Origin: Mobula hypostoma
Lineage: Eukaryota
DNA: 64,000 nt
NCBI RefSeq assembly: GCF_963921235.1
Contig: NC_086101.1
Coordinates: forward strand, 156,612,001-156,676,000
Direction of reading: 5' to 3'
Part shown: positions 12,100-24,616 of the stretch, piece after piece
How positions within the stretch are numbered: the stretch's first letter is position 1
How the letters are laid out: every line of letters begins with the position of its first letter
Notes under the pieces: generated by a model
The model's input: only the letters and a program-made list of their open reading frames with translations
Databases searched by the model: none
What the model was told of the DNA's origin: nothing
Translations under genes and position numbers: made by a program

Positions 12100-13993
12100 G
12101 ATCTGTGGAGGGCTATTTCAAGGGCGAAGAGACAATTTCGAATGAGGTTGGAGGCGACATCGGATGTACGACAACTTTGGCGGGGTTTGCAAGACATAAC
12201 TTCTTACAAAGCGAAACCCAATAGCATGAATGGCAGCGATGTTCCACTATCAAATGAACTCAATGCCTTCTATGCCTGCTTTGAAAGGGAGAACACAACT
12301 ACAGCTGTGAAGATCCCTGCTGCATCTGATGATCCTGTGATCTCTGTCTCAGAGCTCAGAGGCAGATGTTAGACTGTCTTTAAAGAGAGTGAACCTTCGC
12401 AAGGTGGAAGATCCCAATGGAATACCTAGTAAGGCTCTGAAAACCTGTGCCAATCAACTGGTGGGAATATTCAAGGACAGTTTCAACCTCTCACTGCTAT
12501 AGGAGGAAGTTCCAACTTCAAAAAGGCAACAATTATACCAGTGCCGAAGAAGAATAACGTGAGCTGCCTTAATGACTATCGCCTGGCAGCACTCACATCT
12601 TCACATCTACAGTGATGAAATGTTTTGAGAGTTTGGACATGACTAGACTGAACTCCTGCCTCAGCAAGGACCTAGACCCATTGCAATGTCCCTATCACCA
12701 CAATAGGTCAATGGCAGATACAATCTCAATGGCTCTCCACATTGCTTTAGACTACCTGGACAACACAAACAGTTATGTCAGGATGCTGTTCATCGACTAT
12801 AGCTCAGCATTTAATACCATCATTCCCACAATCCTGATTGGAAGTTGAAGAAACTGGGGCTCTGAACCTCCCTCTGCAATTGGATCCTCAACTTCCTAAC
12901 CAGAAGACCACAATCTGTGCAGATTGGTGATAACATCTCCTCACTGACGATCAACACTGACTGGTACATCTCAGGGGTGTGTGCTTAGCCCACTGCTCTA
13001 TTCTCTATATACCCATGACTGTGTGGCTAGGCATAGCTTAAATACCATCTATTAATTTGCTTACAATAGAACCATTGTTGGTAGAATCCCAGGTGGTGAC
13101 GAGAGGGTGTACAGTAGTGAGATATGCCAACTAGTGGAGTGGTGCCGCAGCAATAACCTGGCACTCAATGTCAGTAAGACAAAAGAGCTGATTGTGGACT
13201 TCTGGAAGGGTAAGACGAAGGAACACATACCAATCCTTATAGAGGGATCAGAAGTGGAGAGAGTGAACGGTTTCACGCTCCTGGGTGTCAAGATCTCTGA
13301 GGACCTAACCTGGTCCCAACATATTGATGCAGTTATAAAGAAGGCAAGACAGTGGCTATCCTTCATTAGGAGTTTGAGGAGATTTGGTATGCCAACAAAT
13401 ACACTCAAAAACTTCTATAAATGTACTGTGGAGAGCATTCTGACAGGCTGCATCACTGTCTGGTATGGGTGGGGGGTGCTACTGCACAAGACCAAAAGAA
13501 GCTGCAGAGGTTTATAAATTTAGTCAGCTGCATTTTGAGTACTAGACTACAATGTACCCAGTACATCTTCAAGGAGCAGTGTCTCAGAAAAGCAGCATCC
13601 ATTACTAAGAATCTCCAGCACCCAGGGCATGCTCTTTCCTCACTATTACCATCAGGTAGGAGGTATAGAAGCCTGAAGGCACACACTCAGCAATTCAGGA
13701 ACAGCTTTTTCCCCTCTGACATCCGATTCCAAAATGGACATTGAACCTATGAACACTACCTCACTTTTTTAAAAAAATATATAGTATTTCTGTTTTTTGC
13801 ACTGTTTTTAATCTTTTCAATACATGTATACTGTATAAAGAATACTGAATAAGATTTACTTCTTTAGTTGTTATTGTTATTATTATTTTACTTTTTTCTT
13901 TTGTATTATTTATTGCATTGAATTGCTGCTACTAAGTTAATAAATTTCACGTCGCATGCCAGTGATAATAAACCTGATTCTGATTCTGATTCT
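12100..13993 (+). mobile_element. Rex1/Babar LINE, ~1.9 kb, 5'-truncated and decayed
   Basis: ORFs include LWRGLQDITSYK, YVRMLFIDYSSAFNTIIP, NNLALNVSKTKELIVDF and LLPSGRRYRSLKAHT; (GATTCT)n tail at 13976-13993. Confidence 0.95.
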
Positions 13994-14156
13994 GGAATGA
14001 CTGGCCTTGTCCTGCAAGAGTGGAGTCTACTATGCACATTTAGGAGGAAGGAGGACAGGGCCAGACATGTCATAAAACAGTTAACCCACCAAAATTAACA
14101 AGCAATGTTAGCTGGATAGCTACAATTAATGTGGAGTTACAAGGCACATGTGGCTA

Positions 14157-14790
14157 AGGTTCAAAGGTTCATTTATTATCAAAGTATTCAACTCTGAAAT
14201 ACTTCTTCTCCAGATAGCCATGAAACGAAGAAAGAAAATAAAGACAGCACACTCACCAACCCCAAAATACTTTCTCCCCACATAAAAAGGTGAACAAAAA
14301 CGGATCAGGCACATCGACCCCAAAATCCAGTTCCCCGCACGCAACAAGTACAAGAAAGGTTAGGTGAAAAACACAGAATACAAAAAAAAGCATAAGACTG
14401 AGAAAAGCCCATAGTTCAATTCCACATCCAAAATGCAGAAAACCTGGGCAATATTCTTCATCACCATAGCAGCGTGATCTCACCAGTGATAAAAAGGCCG
14501 TCCCCCTTCTCTGTAGTAGAGTGATCTCACCAGCTTTAAAAAGGCAGCCTCCCCTCTCTGACAGCAAAGTGATCCCCCAGCGATAAGAAGGCTGGCAGCT
14601 GCCACTTCAATCTCCCTTGTTGCTTTAATCAGCGAACAATGGAAGCTTTAATCGGTGAAATGGAGTCAAACATCGACTCACAGTCTTCTCACCACAAGGT
14701 TCCTGCATGCTGTCTCTGCCTCCAGGACTCCCCTTGGAGACTGCAGAGTGCTGAAACCCCCAAACAATCTCCAAACTTTTGAATTTAACT
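14157..14790 (-). mobile_element. Unclassified non-coding interspersed repeat with Rex1-like 3' tail and internal 47-bp tandem repeat
   Basis: Reverse strand ends TACTTTGATAATAAATGAACCTTTGAACC, like the tails at 45350-45387 and 56610-56638; three copies of GTGATCTCACCAG..AAAAAGGC at 14474, 14521 and 14569. Confidence 0.5.
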
Positions 14791-15954
14791 TTGAATTTAG
14801 CAAAGTGTGTATATTTCTATACCTGGTATTTCTAAATTAAAAAAAAATCATTACGTAATTATGCAACACAGATCAAAAAAGGAATTGAGCAGATTTCTGA
14901 ATGTCCACGAACGTGGGTTGTAATTCAGACTGATGTTAGAAGATGATGGGGCAAAGTTAATGAGATTTGAACCCTGACTAGTAAATTAAATCCCCTTTCA
15001 CGTCCATACAATGCACAATGCAATATAACAAATCTCAAAGTAGCCTACTCATCTGCATGTGCTTTGAAGAAGTATTGTCATAGGCTTAAATATCACCATT
15101 TGTTTGCAAAATGTGTTCTGTACATTTTCAAAACAGTTTTATTATTGTCATTAATTTCTCAGAAAAACAGTATGTCATGAGACAAAACAAACCATAACTT
15201 AGTTCTGAATTCCAGGAGATTCAAAGAAACAGCTGGCTCCCTGGGTCATCCAGCTGTTGAAGTTTACAACTTACACACTATGATCCCAAGATTAACAATA
15301 ACATTAACATAACCTAAGCAAATGCCAGGAGGACCTTTATAATGTGGATATAACCCCTGTGGACCGATTATTTTTTGATGCACAACAGTGGGAAGAATTG
15401 GTAAATCTCTAAGATTTTTTAAATCTATCCAGTTGTGTGCATTTTCTAACAAACCTATTTTTATTTCAGACTGGCATTTGCAGACATCCGCTTAGGAATT
15501 AGATCACACAGCTTTGCTTATTTTATTTTAATGCCACACACATAGAAGTTTACTTCTAGTGTACATCATATTGACAGTACTTTTGGAAATCTCTGTTTCC
15601 ATTATGGAACCATGCTTCCCTACTTCAGGAACACTCACACTTACAGTACTTCATTCCTAGTACAGTGCTTTCCAGCATGAAATTGGATCACATTGCTCTA
15701 AAGCACCTCAACTGGGTTATGTTTTCGCAACACTGCATGTACTGCGCTTGTGCATTCCCATGAGCACTGCCCCCTTTCAATTCCATCCTCCGCCATTTTG
15801 TCAGTGACAATGACTCGCTGTGTCTGACTGATTGGGCTTCTCCTGACCTTCACTGATGTTTGTGGTCTTCAATCCTTCCTACGGGGCGGGGCGGGGGGGG
15901 GTCCATGCCTTCTGCTGTTGCTGGGCATGATATTGCATCTTAAATGCATTTTAT

Positions 15955-16532
15955 AGGAGCACCTTTGAGAGTGTCCTGACAAGTTGCATCTCCATCTGGT
16001 ATGGGAGCAGCCAAGCCTCGGACCGGAAGCCCTTACAAAGAACTGTGAGAATGGCTGGGAGGATCATAGGGGTCTCCCTACCATCCATCAGGGACATTTA
16101 TCAGGAGTGCTGCATATGCAAGGCCCTTAGTATTATGAAGGATCCCATTCATCTATCCAGCATCTTCTTTCACTTTCTACCGTCAGGTAGTATACTATGA
16201 TGCATAAAAACAAGATCAGACAGGATGGGAAACAGTTTCTTCCCTCAGGTCATAAGGCTTCTGAACTCCCTGCCACATCACATTTGAAGTGTCTGTGGTT
16301 AAGCTGTTCCGTACCTTACAATATTTAATTTATGTACTTTAATTGTTTATTTATGTGTAATCCATCCGTACATTTCATCCTTACTTTCATAAATTATTAT
16401 GTGTTATGTGTATTATGTATGCCACAGTGCTTTACACCCTGGTTCAGAGAAACAGTGTCTCATTTGACAGTGTACATGCATATAGTTAAATCACAATAAA
16501 CCTGACATGATTTGACTTGACTTGACTTGACT
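15955..16532 (+). mobile_element. Rex1/Babar LINE 3' fragment with (GACTT)n tail
   Basis: Encodes FYRSTFESVLTSCISIWYGS and, further on, KDPIH and LPSG; tail TTGACTTGACTTGACTTGACT at 16512-16532. Confidence 0.85.
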
Positions 16533-16599
16533 ACAGAACAGTCACGAGACCTGATGCAGGACAGGTCACGTTGATCAAGAAATTAGTAATTGCTTTAGA

Positions 16600-19500
16600 A
16601 CAGAGTCACAGAGTCATTGAAAAGTACAACACATCTAGTCCATGCCGAACCATTTAAACTGCCTCTTCCTATCGACCTGCACCAGGACCATAGCCCTCCA
16701 TACCCTTACCATCCATGTACCCACCCAAACTTCTCTTAAGCTCACATGCACCACTTGTGCTGGCAGCTCATTCCACACTCTCACGAACCTCTGAGTGAAG
16801 AAGTTTCCCCTCATGTTCCCCTTAAACTTTTCAGCTTTCACCCTTAAACCATGTCCTCTAGTTGTAGTCCCACCCAACCTGAGTGGAAAAAGTCTGCTTG
16901 TACTTATCCCATCTATTGCCCACATAATTTTGTATACCTCTATCAAATCTCCTCTCAATCTTCAAACCCATTCAATCTTTCCATATAACTCAGGTCCTCC
17001 AGACCCGGCAACATCCTTGTAAATTTTCCCTGCACCCTTTCAATCTTATTAACATCTCTCCCGTATGTAAGTGACCAAAGCTGCACTCGATTCTCCAAAT
17101 TAGGCCTCACCAATGTCTTGTCCAACTTCAACATAACATCCCTTCTCTTGTCACAAGCAAGAGAAAATCTGCAGACGCTGGAAATACAAGCAACACGCAC
17201 AAAGTGCTAGAGGAACTCAGCAAGCCAGGCAGCATCTTCAGTCCTTCTGAAGTGTTTCAGTCTAAAATGTCATCTGTACTCTTTTCCAGAGTTGTTGCCC
17301 GGCCTGCTGAGTTTCTCCAGCATTTTATGTGTATGTCTTCTCCTGTACTCCAATACTTTGATCTATGTAGGCCAATATGCCAAAAGCATTTTTACAATCC
17401 TATCTACATCTGACACTATGAATTATGGACCTGTACTTCCAGATCCCTTTGTTCTACTGCACTCTTCAGTGTCCTACCATTCATTGTGTACAACCTACAA
17501 TGGTTGGTCCTACTGAAGTGTAAGACCTTGCACCTGTCTGCATTAAATTCCATCTGCCATTTTTCAGCCCATTTTTCCAGCTGGTCCAGATCCAACTACA
17601 AGCGATGACAATTTTCCGCGCTGTTCACTACACCCCCAGTTTTGGTCTCATCCACAAATTTGTGAATCCAATTAACTACATTGCCATCCAGATTATTGAT
17701 ATAGATGACAATGGACTCTGCACACCACTAGTCACAGGCCTCCAGTCAGAGAGGCAACCATCTTCTACCACTCTCGGTCTTCTTACACAAAACTAATGTC
17801 TAATCCAATTTACTACCTCATCTTGAATGCTGAGCAACTGAACTTTCTTGACCAGCCTCCCATGTGGGACCTTGTCAAATACGTTGCTAAAGTCCATGTA
17901 GACAGCATTCATTGCCTTGCCTTCATGAACTTTCCTGGTAATTTCCTCAAACAACTTTATAAGATTGGTTAGACATAACCTACCACACACAAACCCACGC
18001 TGACTATCCTTAATCAATCCATGTCTATCCAAGTATTCATATCCAGTCCCATAGTCCAGTTCCAATAACTTTTCCACTATTGATGTCAGGCCTAGTGGCC
18101 TATAATTTCCTAGTTTAATTTTAGAGGTTTTCTAAAACAACAGAACAACATTGGTTCTCCTCCAATCCTCTGGTACCTCACCCATCGCTAAGGATGATTT
18201 GAATATCTCTGCTACGGCCCCAGTTGTTTTGCAGGTCCAAGAGAACACTTTGTCAGGATCCACTCTAATTTGCCTCAAGATAGCAAACACCTCCTCCTCT
18301 GTAATCTGGATACAGTTCATGAAGTTGGTGCCTTTTGGCTCACTTCAAAAGACTCTGTGTCCATTTCCTGAGTAACCTCTCCCATCTCTTTTGGTTCCAC
18401 ACGTAGATTACCATTCTGATTTTCCAGAGGATCAGTTTTGTCCCTTGAAATCCTTTTGCTCTTAACATATCTTTAGAATCCCATAAGATTTTCCTTCACC
18501 TTGTCTGCTAATGCAACCCTCCTGATTTTTTTAGTCCTCCAATTTCTTTCTTAAGTGTTCTCTTGCATTTCTGGTACTCCATATGCACCTCATTTGTTCC
18601 TACCTACCTATACCTGCTAAGCAACTCCTTTTTTTTTAACTCAACCAGGGCCTCAATAGCTCTAGAAAATCAAGGTTCCCTACACTTGTTATCTCTATAT
18701 TTTATTCTAACAGACACATACAAGCTTTGTACTCTCAAAATTTCACTTTTGAAGGCCTCCCACTTACGAAGTACACCTTGACAAATCCACACTTGCCAGA
18801 TAATTTCTGATACCATCAAAATTTGCCTTTCTCCAATTGAATCATAACCCATGGACCAGACATATCCTCTTGCATACCTACTTTGAAACTAACGGCATTG
18901 TGATCACTAGGTGCAAAAGTGTTCCGCTCCACAAAGTTTTGTTACCTGCCTGTCTCATTCCCTTATAGCAGATCAAGTACCGCATAATCTCTCATTGGGA
19001 CTTCTATGTACTGATTAAGGAAACTTTCCTGAACACATTTGACAAATTATCCCATCTAGTCCTTTTACAGTATGGCATACAGTACAGTCAACATGTGGAA
19101 AGTTAAAATCACCGACTATAACAACCTTATGTTTCTTGCAACAGTCTGTAATCTCTCTACAAATTAGTTCCTCTTAGTCCCTCAGACTGTTGGGTGATCT
19201 GTAATATTAATGTGGTCATACCATTCTTATTCCTCAGTTTTACCCATAAAGTCTAACTAGATGAGCTCTCCAGTCTGACCTGACTGAGCACTGCCATGAC
19301 ATTTTCCCTGACTATTAATGTCACCCCTCCTCCTTTAATCCCCCCATTCTCTCGCATCTAAAACAACAGAACCCCAGAATACTGAGCTGCCAGTCCTGCC
19401 CCTCCTGCAACCAAGTCTCACCAATGGCTACAATATCCTAATTCCAGGTGTTGATCCCTGTCCTGAGCTCACCTGCTTTTCCTATGATACCTTTTGCATT

Positions 19501-19600
19501 GAAATATATGCAGCTTAGGATATTAGTTGCATCATGCTCAACATTTTAATTCCTGATTTTGTCTGAGGTCTTAGCAACATCTCTCTCCACTATCTGTTCT
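16600..19600 (-). mobile_element. CR1 LINE, decayed but near full-length ORF2 (APE endonuclease + RT + 3' end)
   Basis: Minus strand 19330-19480 encodes ELRTGINTWN*DIVAIGETWLQEGQDWQLSILGF (APE). ORFs 17793-18077 (YMDFSNVFDKVPH), 16955-17200 and 16635-16958 (MRGDLIEVYKIM..RVWNELP). Tail TGACTCTGTGACTCTG near 16601-16616. Confidence 0.9.
17153..17335. mobile_element. Penelope-derived inverted-repeat unit inserted in the CR1
   Basis: Interrupts CR1 between CCCTTCTCTTG and CCTGTACTCAA-like sequence; arms GAGGAACTCAGCAAGCCAGGCAGC and GCCCGGCCTGCTGAGTTTCTCCAGC. Confidence 0.75.
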
Positions 19601-19610
19601 CTCCACTATC

Positions 19611-19676
19611 GTCGACTGTACCTCTTCCTAGAGATGCTGCCTGGCCTGCTGCATTCACCAGCAAATTTAATTGTGT
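19611..19676 (+). mobile_element. Short young Penelope pLTR fragment
   Basis: GTCGACTGTACCTCTTCCTAGAGATGCTGCCTGGCCTGCTGCATTCACCAGCAA is near-identical to 23354-23408. Confidence 0.8.
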
Positions 19677-21104
19677 TATCTGTTTCCACCACCTGATTCC
19701 CACCCCCTGCAACCCCCTCCCAGGGAACACCAGCAAACCTTCTATGTAGGTTATTGCATTTTCTACTTAGTTTGTTAAAACTTTCCAACAGGCAGGACTA
19801 AAGTCAGTAAAAACCTTTGATGTGGTAATGGTTAATCTTTATGATTGTGGTAAACAGCTTGATTAAAACTGATTGCCTTGGTGATTTGCAGCATGACGAG
19901 AAGTACTTGTCAAGTAGCAGGGAAATTGCTTGATCACAGAAGAAGGAGATTTCACACTGACTTCTCCTTCAGACCAGAGTGGTGAGTGTTGCTGAGGGCT
20001 GTACTCAGGTAAGTTGTTTAATTTTCTGCTTCCAGGAACCCTTGAGAGCAGAAGGGATGTGAGAAGGGAATCCCTATTTAACACCTGATATCCTCCAGCT
20101 GTTGATCAACTCCTGCTCCTCCTGCTCCTCTCCCTCCTTTTCCTCTCCCACTAACCCTAGCTGTTGACCTTCCTGCAATTCCCCCTCACTGTCCTTCTCC
20201 TCTTGTGGCTGATGCCATCACCGAATGATCCTGTCACTGCTCATTGTGCTGTACAAAATGCACAGAATAAAGAACAGTTTGCTGAGTATTGGAGCATGCT
20301 GCCTGCCTGAGGAAGACCATGTTCTCCCACATTCAAAGCCTCAGAAGGAGCATCACTGGGACTCACCTGTCATAGCTTGTGAATTAACAAGAGGCAACAA
20401 TGAAGGATAGTCTTTATACCCCAAGGTTTTGAAATCAAGAAGTGACACCCCTGAGATATGGACGATAACGTGAATGTTACTGGTCTCTTATTCAGTAACA
20501 CAGTGGCTGAACCTGTACCTATGGGATATTTTATTGCACCACTTTCTGTTTTAGCAGCTAAAAGTCGATTACGTGGCCTTTTCTATTATGTAGCCTTTTC
20601 TCTCATGTAGCCAGTTACAAAAACTCCATAGCTCTCTGAGAGAGAACTACAAAGCCTTGTGTTTCTAGATGAAGGCATTTTCTTCCTTCCTTGTCCCTGT
20701 TCTCATCTTTGCTATGAACCTATTTGCTTTTGAGCCTCCCTTCCAATGGAGTGTTTACCACCAACAGGGAGTGAAGTCTGTCAGCTTGGAGAACTTGTTC
20801 CAAGCAGTAGTCACGATGATGCAGAAGGGGGAATCTTTGGATTGGTGGTAGGGGTGTGCAAAGCATATAACATGGACCTGTAGCTAAATCAGTTGCCAGT
20901 CTTTGTTCCACTGGATCTCAACATATAGCAATGTGATAATAAGCAGACAATGCATTTGTGTGCATAACATTGCACGAGTGATCAATATTATCCAGTAAAC
21001 TAGTGAGAGCTTTTCTCTTCCTCCCTCTCCCATGTGAGAAGCAGAATTTTGCTTTAACAGTTAGTCTGAGAGGCAGCACCAACAGACATGCAGCACTTCC
21101 CCAT

Positions 21105-21365
21105 GGGTGGCATGGTAGCGTAGTGGTTAGCACAGTGCCTTACAGTACAGTACAAGCGACCAGGGTTCAGTTCCGGTAAGGAGTTTACACGTTCTCCCCA
21201 TAAATGCGTGTGTTTCCTCTGGGCGCTCCAGTTTCTTCTCATAATCCAAAGATGTACAGGTTGGTAGGTTAATTGTTCATTGTAAATTGCTGAATCATTT
21301 GGCTAGGATTAAATCAGGTGATTGCCAGGTAGCGGTCACTCAAAGGGCCTATTTTAACAAACAAA
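21105..21365 (+). mobile_element. tRNA-derived V-SINE
   Basis: A-box-like TGGTAGCGTAGTGG, B-box GGTTCAGTTCC (21164-21174), then V-domain-like GAGTTTACACGTTCTCCCC...GTTTCCTCTGGGCGCTCCAGTTTC...CCAAAGATGT. Confidence 0.8.
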
Positions 21366-22077
21366 CGTTGATGTGTCAGTCTAGTCTCTATGCTCCATCT
21401 TTGGAGTGAGCTATAAAACTCTGCCTTCTGATTCAGAGTGCCGCCGCTGAGGCAAGATTGGTAGACCTAAAATCCAAGCTATCTGGCTATTAGCTAGACA
21501 TTGTTTACACTAATCAAATATTATTGAAAGAGACTGTCTGTGGCAAAACAAAAAAATTTACATTATGCAAGCAACTATCAAAGGGATGAAATTACAGACA
21601 ATTTATTTGAAATTATATTATCTCAGTTTACCCTGAAATTATTGATTTTTCAATCTTCTGTGATGCCAAATCTCTATTCTCTTGTTTTCTTTCAAACAGG
21701 GCTATGTATCGCTGACTGAGTGTACTGAAAACTCATAGCGACACACCCAGGATTTGTGAGTTACCAGATCTGAATTAGTGAACACATGCAGTTGTCAAAA
21801 ATTGACAAATGATGTTGATGTACGGAGGGTCTGGTGTGAACATGGCTGTTTGCCATTTATTCCACATCCCTGGTTTCAAGCCAAACCCCACAGAGGAGCA
21901 GCTGTTTTTTTCTCCCTTAACAACTTCAGTCAACCAGCTACAAACACTGCGACATGGGAAAAGGAGGAGATTGTTTAGTCCCATCAGCCTGGGCTGCTGT
22001 TCAATAAAATTTCTGATGTATTTCCATTTCCCATTGCTCGCAATACCTTTGGTTTACATATGTATACTTGCCTTATA

Positions 22078-22421
22078 CACATAGAGGCCACTTTATTAGG
22101 TCAACCTGTATACTTGCTCATTAATGCAGATATCTAACAGCCAATCTTGTGGAAGCAACTCAATGCATCAAAGCATGCAGTCATAGTCGAGAGGTTCAGT
22201 ATTTGTTCAGACCAAACATGAGAATGGGCAAGAAATGTGCTCTAAAGGACTATAGAATGATTGTTGGTGCCTGACAGGGTGGTTTGATTATCTCAGAAAA
22301 TGTTGATCTCCTGGGATTTTCATGCATTACAGTTTCTAAAGTTGACAGAGAATGGTGCAAAAAAACAGAAAAAAATCCAGTGAGTGGCAGTTCTATGTGG
22401 ACAAAAATGCCTTATTAATGA
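22078..22421 (+). mobile_element. Tc1/mariner DNA transposon 5' fragment
   Basis: TA (22076-22077) then CACATAGAGGCCACTTTATTAGG terminal sequence; decayed transposase N-terminus from ATG 22224 (MGKKC...MIVGA*QGGLIISENVDLLGFSCITVSKVDREW). Confidence 0.8.
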
Positions 22422-22879
22422 GCCATGAAAATGGAAATGACTATGTAAGTTAAAGAAACTTGGAGAAGCCCCCTTGGAACAAATGTCTGCAGAATCAATA
22501 TCACTAGAAAACTAATTGATAATAAGATACCTAATGAATCTTGATGATCTATTTGTGTAACCTTAACCTTAACAGAAATTTGGTCAGACTTTTAACGTGT
22601 AAATGAAACGTTGAATCTCGGGTGTGATCAAATGCACTTAGTGCCCCAGTCGACAGGGGCATTTAAAAATGTTGTTTCTACTTGGATCTTGGCCTTGCTA
22701 TGGAAGCAACTCAGAGATAATGGTGCATCAGGTGAAGACAACAAAGTTGCCACCTTGATTATCAGTGAAATTATACTGAAAAGTGAGCTTTCTTTCCTAG
22801 TTGTGAGCTTTCTTTCCTACCTATGTTCATGACACTTCTCACGCTCTTAAACTTTTCGATGATTTTAAGTTCCCTGGAT

Positions 22880-23456
22880 CCACATCCCATTCCCATTCTG
22901 ACATGTCTATCCACAGCCTCCTGTACTGTAAAGATGAAGCCACACTCAGGTTGGAGGAACAACACTTATATTCCGTCTGGGTAGCCTCCAACCTGATGGC
23001 ATGAACATTGACTTCTCTAACTCCCGCTAATGCCCCACCTCCCCCTCGTACCCCATCCGTTATTTATTTTTATACACACATTCTTTCTCTCACTCTCCTT
23101 TTTCTCCCTCTGTCTCTCTGACTATACCCCTTGCCCATACTCTGGGTTCCCCCCACCCTTGTCTTTCTCCCCGGACCTCCTGTCCCATGATCCTCTCATA
23201 TCCCCTTTGCCAATCACCTGTCCAGCTCTTGGCTCCAACCCTCCCCCTCCTGTCTTCTCCTATCATTTTGGATCTCCCCCTCTCCCTCCCACTTTCAAAT
23301 CTCTTACTAATTCTTCCTTCAGTTAGTCCTGACGAAGGGTCTCGGCCTGAAACGTCGACTGTATCTTTTCCTAGAGATGCTGCCTGGCGTGCTGCGTTCA
23401 CCAGCAACATTGATGTGTGTTGCTTGAATTTCCAGCTTCTGCAGAATTCCTGTTGG
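22880..23456 (+). mobile_element. Penelope-like element 3' portion: GIY-YIG endonuclease C-terminus plus pseudo-LTR
   Basis: Encodes SHSHSDMSIHSLLYCKDEATLRLEEQH/IFRLGSLQPDGMNIDFSNSR*, then a pyrimidine-rich UTR and a hammerhead motif. Confidence 0.85.
23325..23360 (+). ncRNA. Minimal type-I hammerhead ribozyme motif
   Basis: AGTC-CTGACGA-A-GGGT CTCG GCCT-GAAAC-GTC-GACT; predicted cleavage after C23356. Confidence 0.75.
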
Positions 23457-23597
23457 TTACTAATGGAAATGGTCTGACTTTGCACACGTGAATCAATAAT
23501 TCCTCTCGTCTCTCCAAATCATCAAGGTTGAAGTTACAATGTGGGGACAGTATTGTACGACACATTAATCCATATTTCAATAGCTTACACATCTTTA

Positions 23598-24616
23598 TAA
23601 CTTTATAATACTTTATTGTCACCAAACAATTGATACTAGAGTGTACAATCATCACAGCGATATTTGATTCTGTGTTTCGTGCTCCCAGGAGTACAAATCG
23701 ATTGTAAATATAGTAAAAATTTAAATTATAAATCATAATTAGAAAATTAAAAAGGGAAAGTAAGGTAGTGCAAAAAACCGAGAGGCAGGTCCGGATATTT
23801 GGTGGGTATGGCCCAGATCCGGGTCAGGATCCATTCAGCAGTCTTATCAGAGTTGGAAAGAAGCTGTTCCCAAATCTGGCCGTACAAGTCTTCAAGCTCC
23901 TGAGCCTTCTCCCGGAGGGAAGAGGGACAAAAAGTGTGTTGGCTAGGTGGATCGTGTTCTTTGTTATTCTAGCAGCACTGCTCTGACAGTGTGCGGTATA
24001 AAGTGAGTCCAAGGACGGAAGATTGGTATGTGTGATGTGCTGGGTTGTGTTCACGATCTTCTGTAGCTTCTTCCGGTCTTGGACGGGACAACTTCCATGC
24101 CAGGTTGCGATGCACCCTAGAAGAATGCTTTCTACGGTACATCTATAAAAATTAGTGAGGGTTTTAGGGGACAGGCCAAATTTCTTTAGTTTTCTCAGGA
24201 ACTGAAGGCGCTGGTGGGCCTTCTTGGCAGTGGACTCTGCTTAGTTGGACCAAGTCAGATCAGTTGTGATATTGACCCCGAGGAACTTAAAGCTTTTGAC
24301 CCGTTCCACTTGCGCACCACCGATGTAAATTGGGTCGTGCAGTCCGCTACTCCTTCTGAAGTCAACAACCAATTCCTTCGTCTTGCTGACGTTGAGGGAT
24401 AGGTTATTGGCTTCACACCATGCCACCAGGTTCTTAATTTCCTCTCTGTACTCAAACTCATCATTACCCGAGATACCGCCTACAATTGTGGTGTCATCAG
24501 CAAACTTATATATTGAGTTCGATGGAAACTTGGCTGCACAATCATGGGTGTACAGTGAGTACAGCAGGGAGCTGAGAACACAGCCTTGTGGGGCACCGGT
24601 CCTCAGAGTGATTGTG
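23598..24616 (-). mobile_element. Rex1/Babar LINE 3' 1 kb, relatively young
   Basis: Minus strand encodes GAPQGCVLSSLLYSLYTHDC..IYKFADDTTIVG, WCEANNLSLNVSKTKELVVDF and LPSGRRLRSLKT; CpG-rich; TAAAG-type tail. Confidence 0.95.

Noticed and set aside
14474-14600. Regularly spaced repeats as a CRISPR-like array
   Set aside because: Only three degenerate units with similar 'spacers', in a vertebrate repeat context with no cas genes; it is a minisatellite.
15882-15901. G-rich GGGGCGGGGCGGGGGGGGG as a promoter GC box or G-quadruplex
   Set aside because: Isolated G-run with no CpG island or other promoter evidence, adjacent to decayed repeats.
21105-21180. tRNA gene
   Set aside because: A/B boxes are present but there is no complete cloverleaf, and it continues into a V-SINE body.
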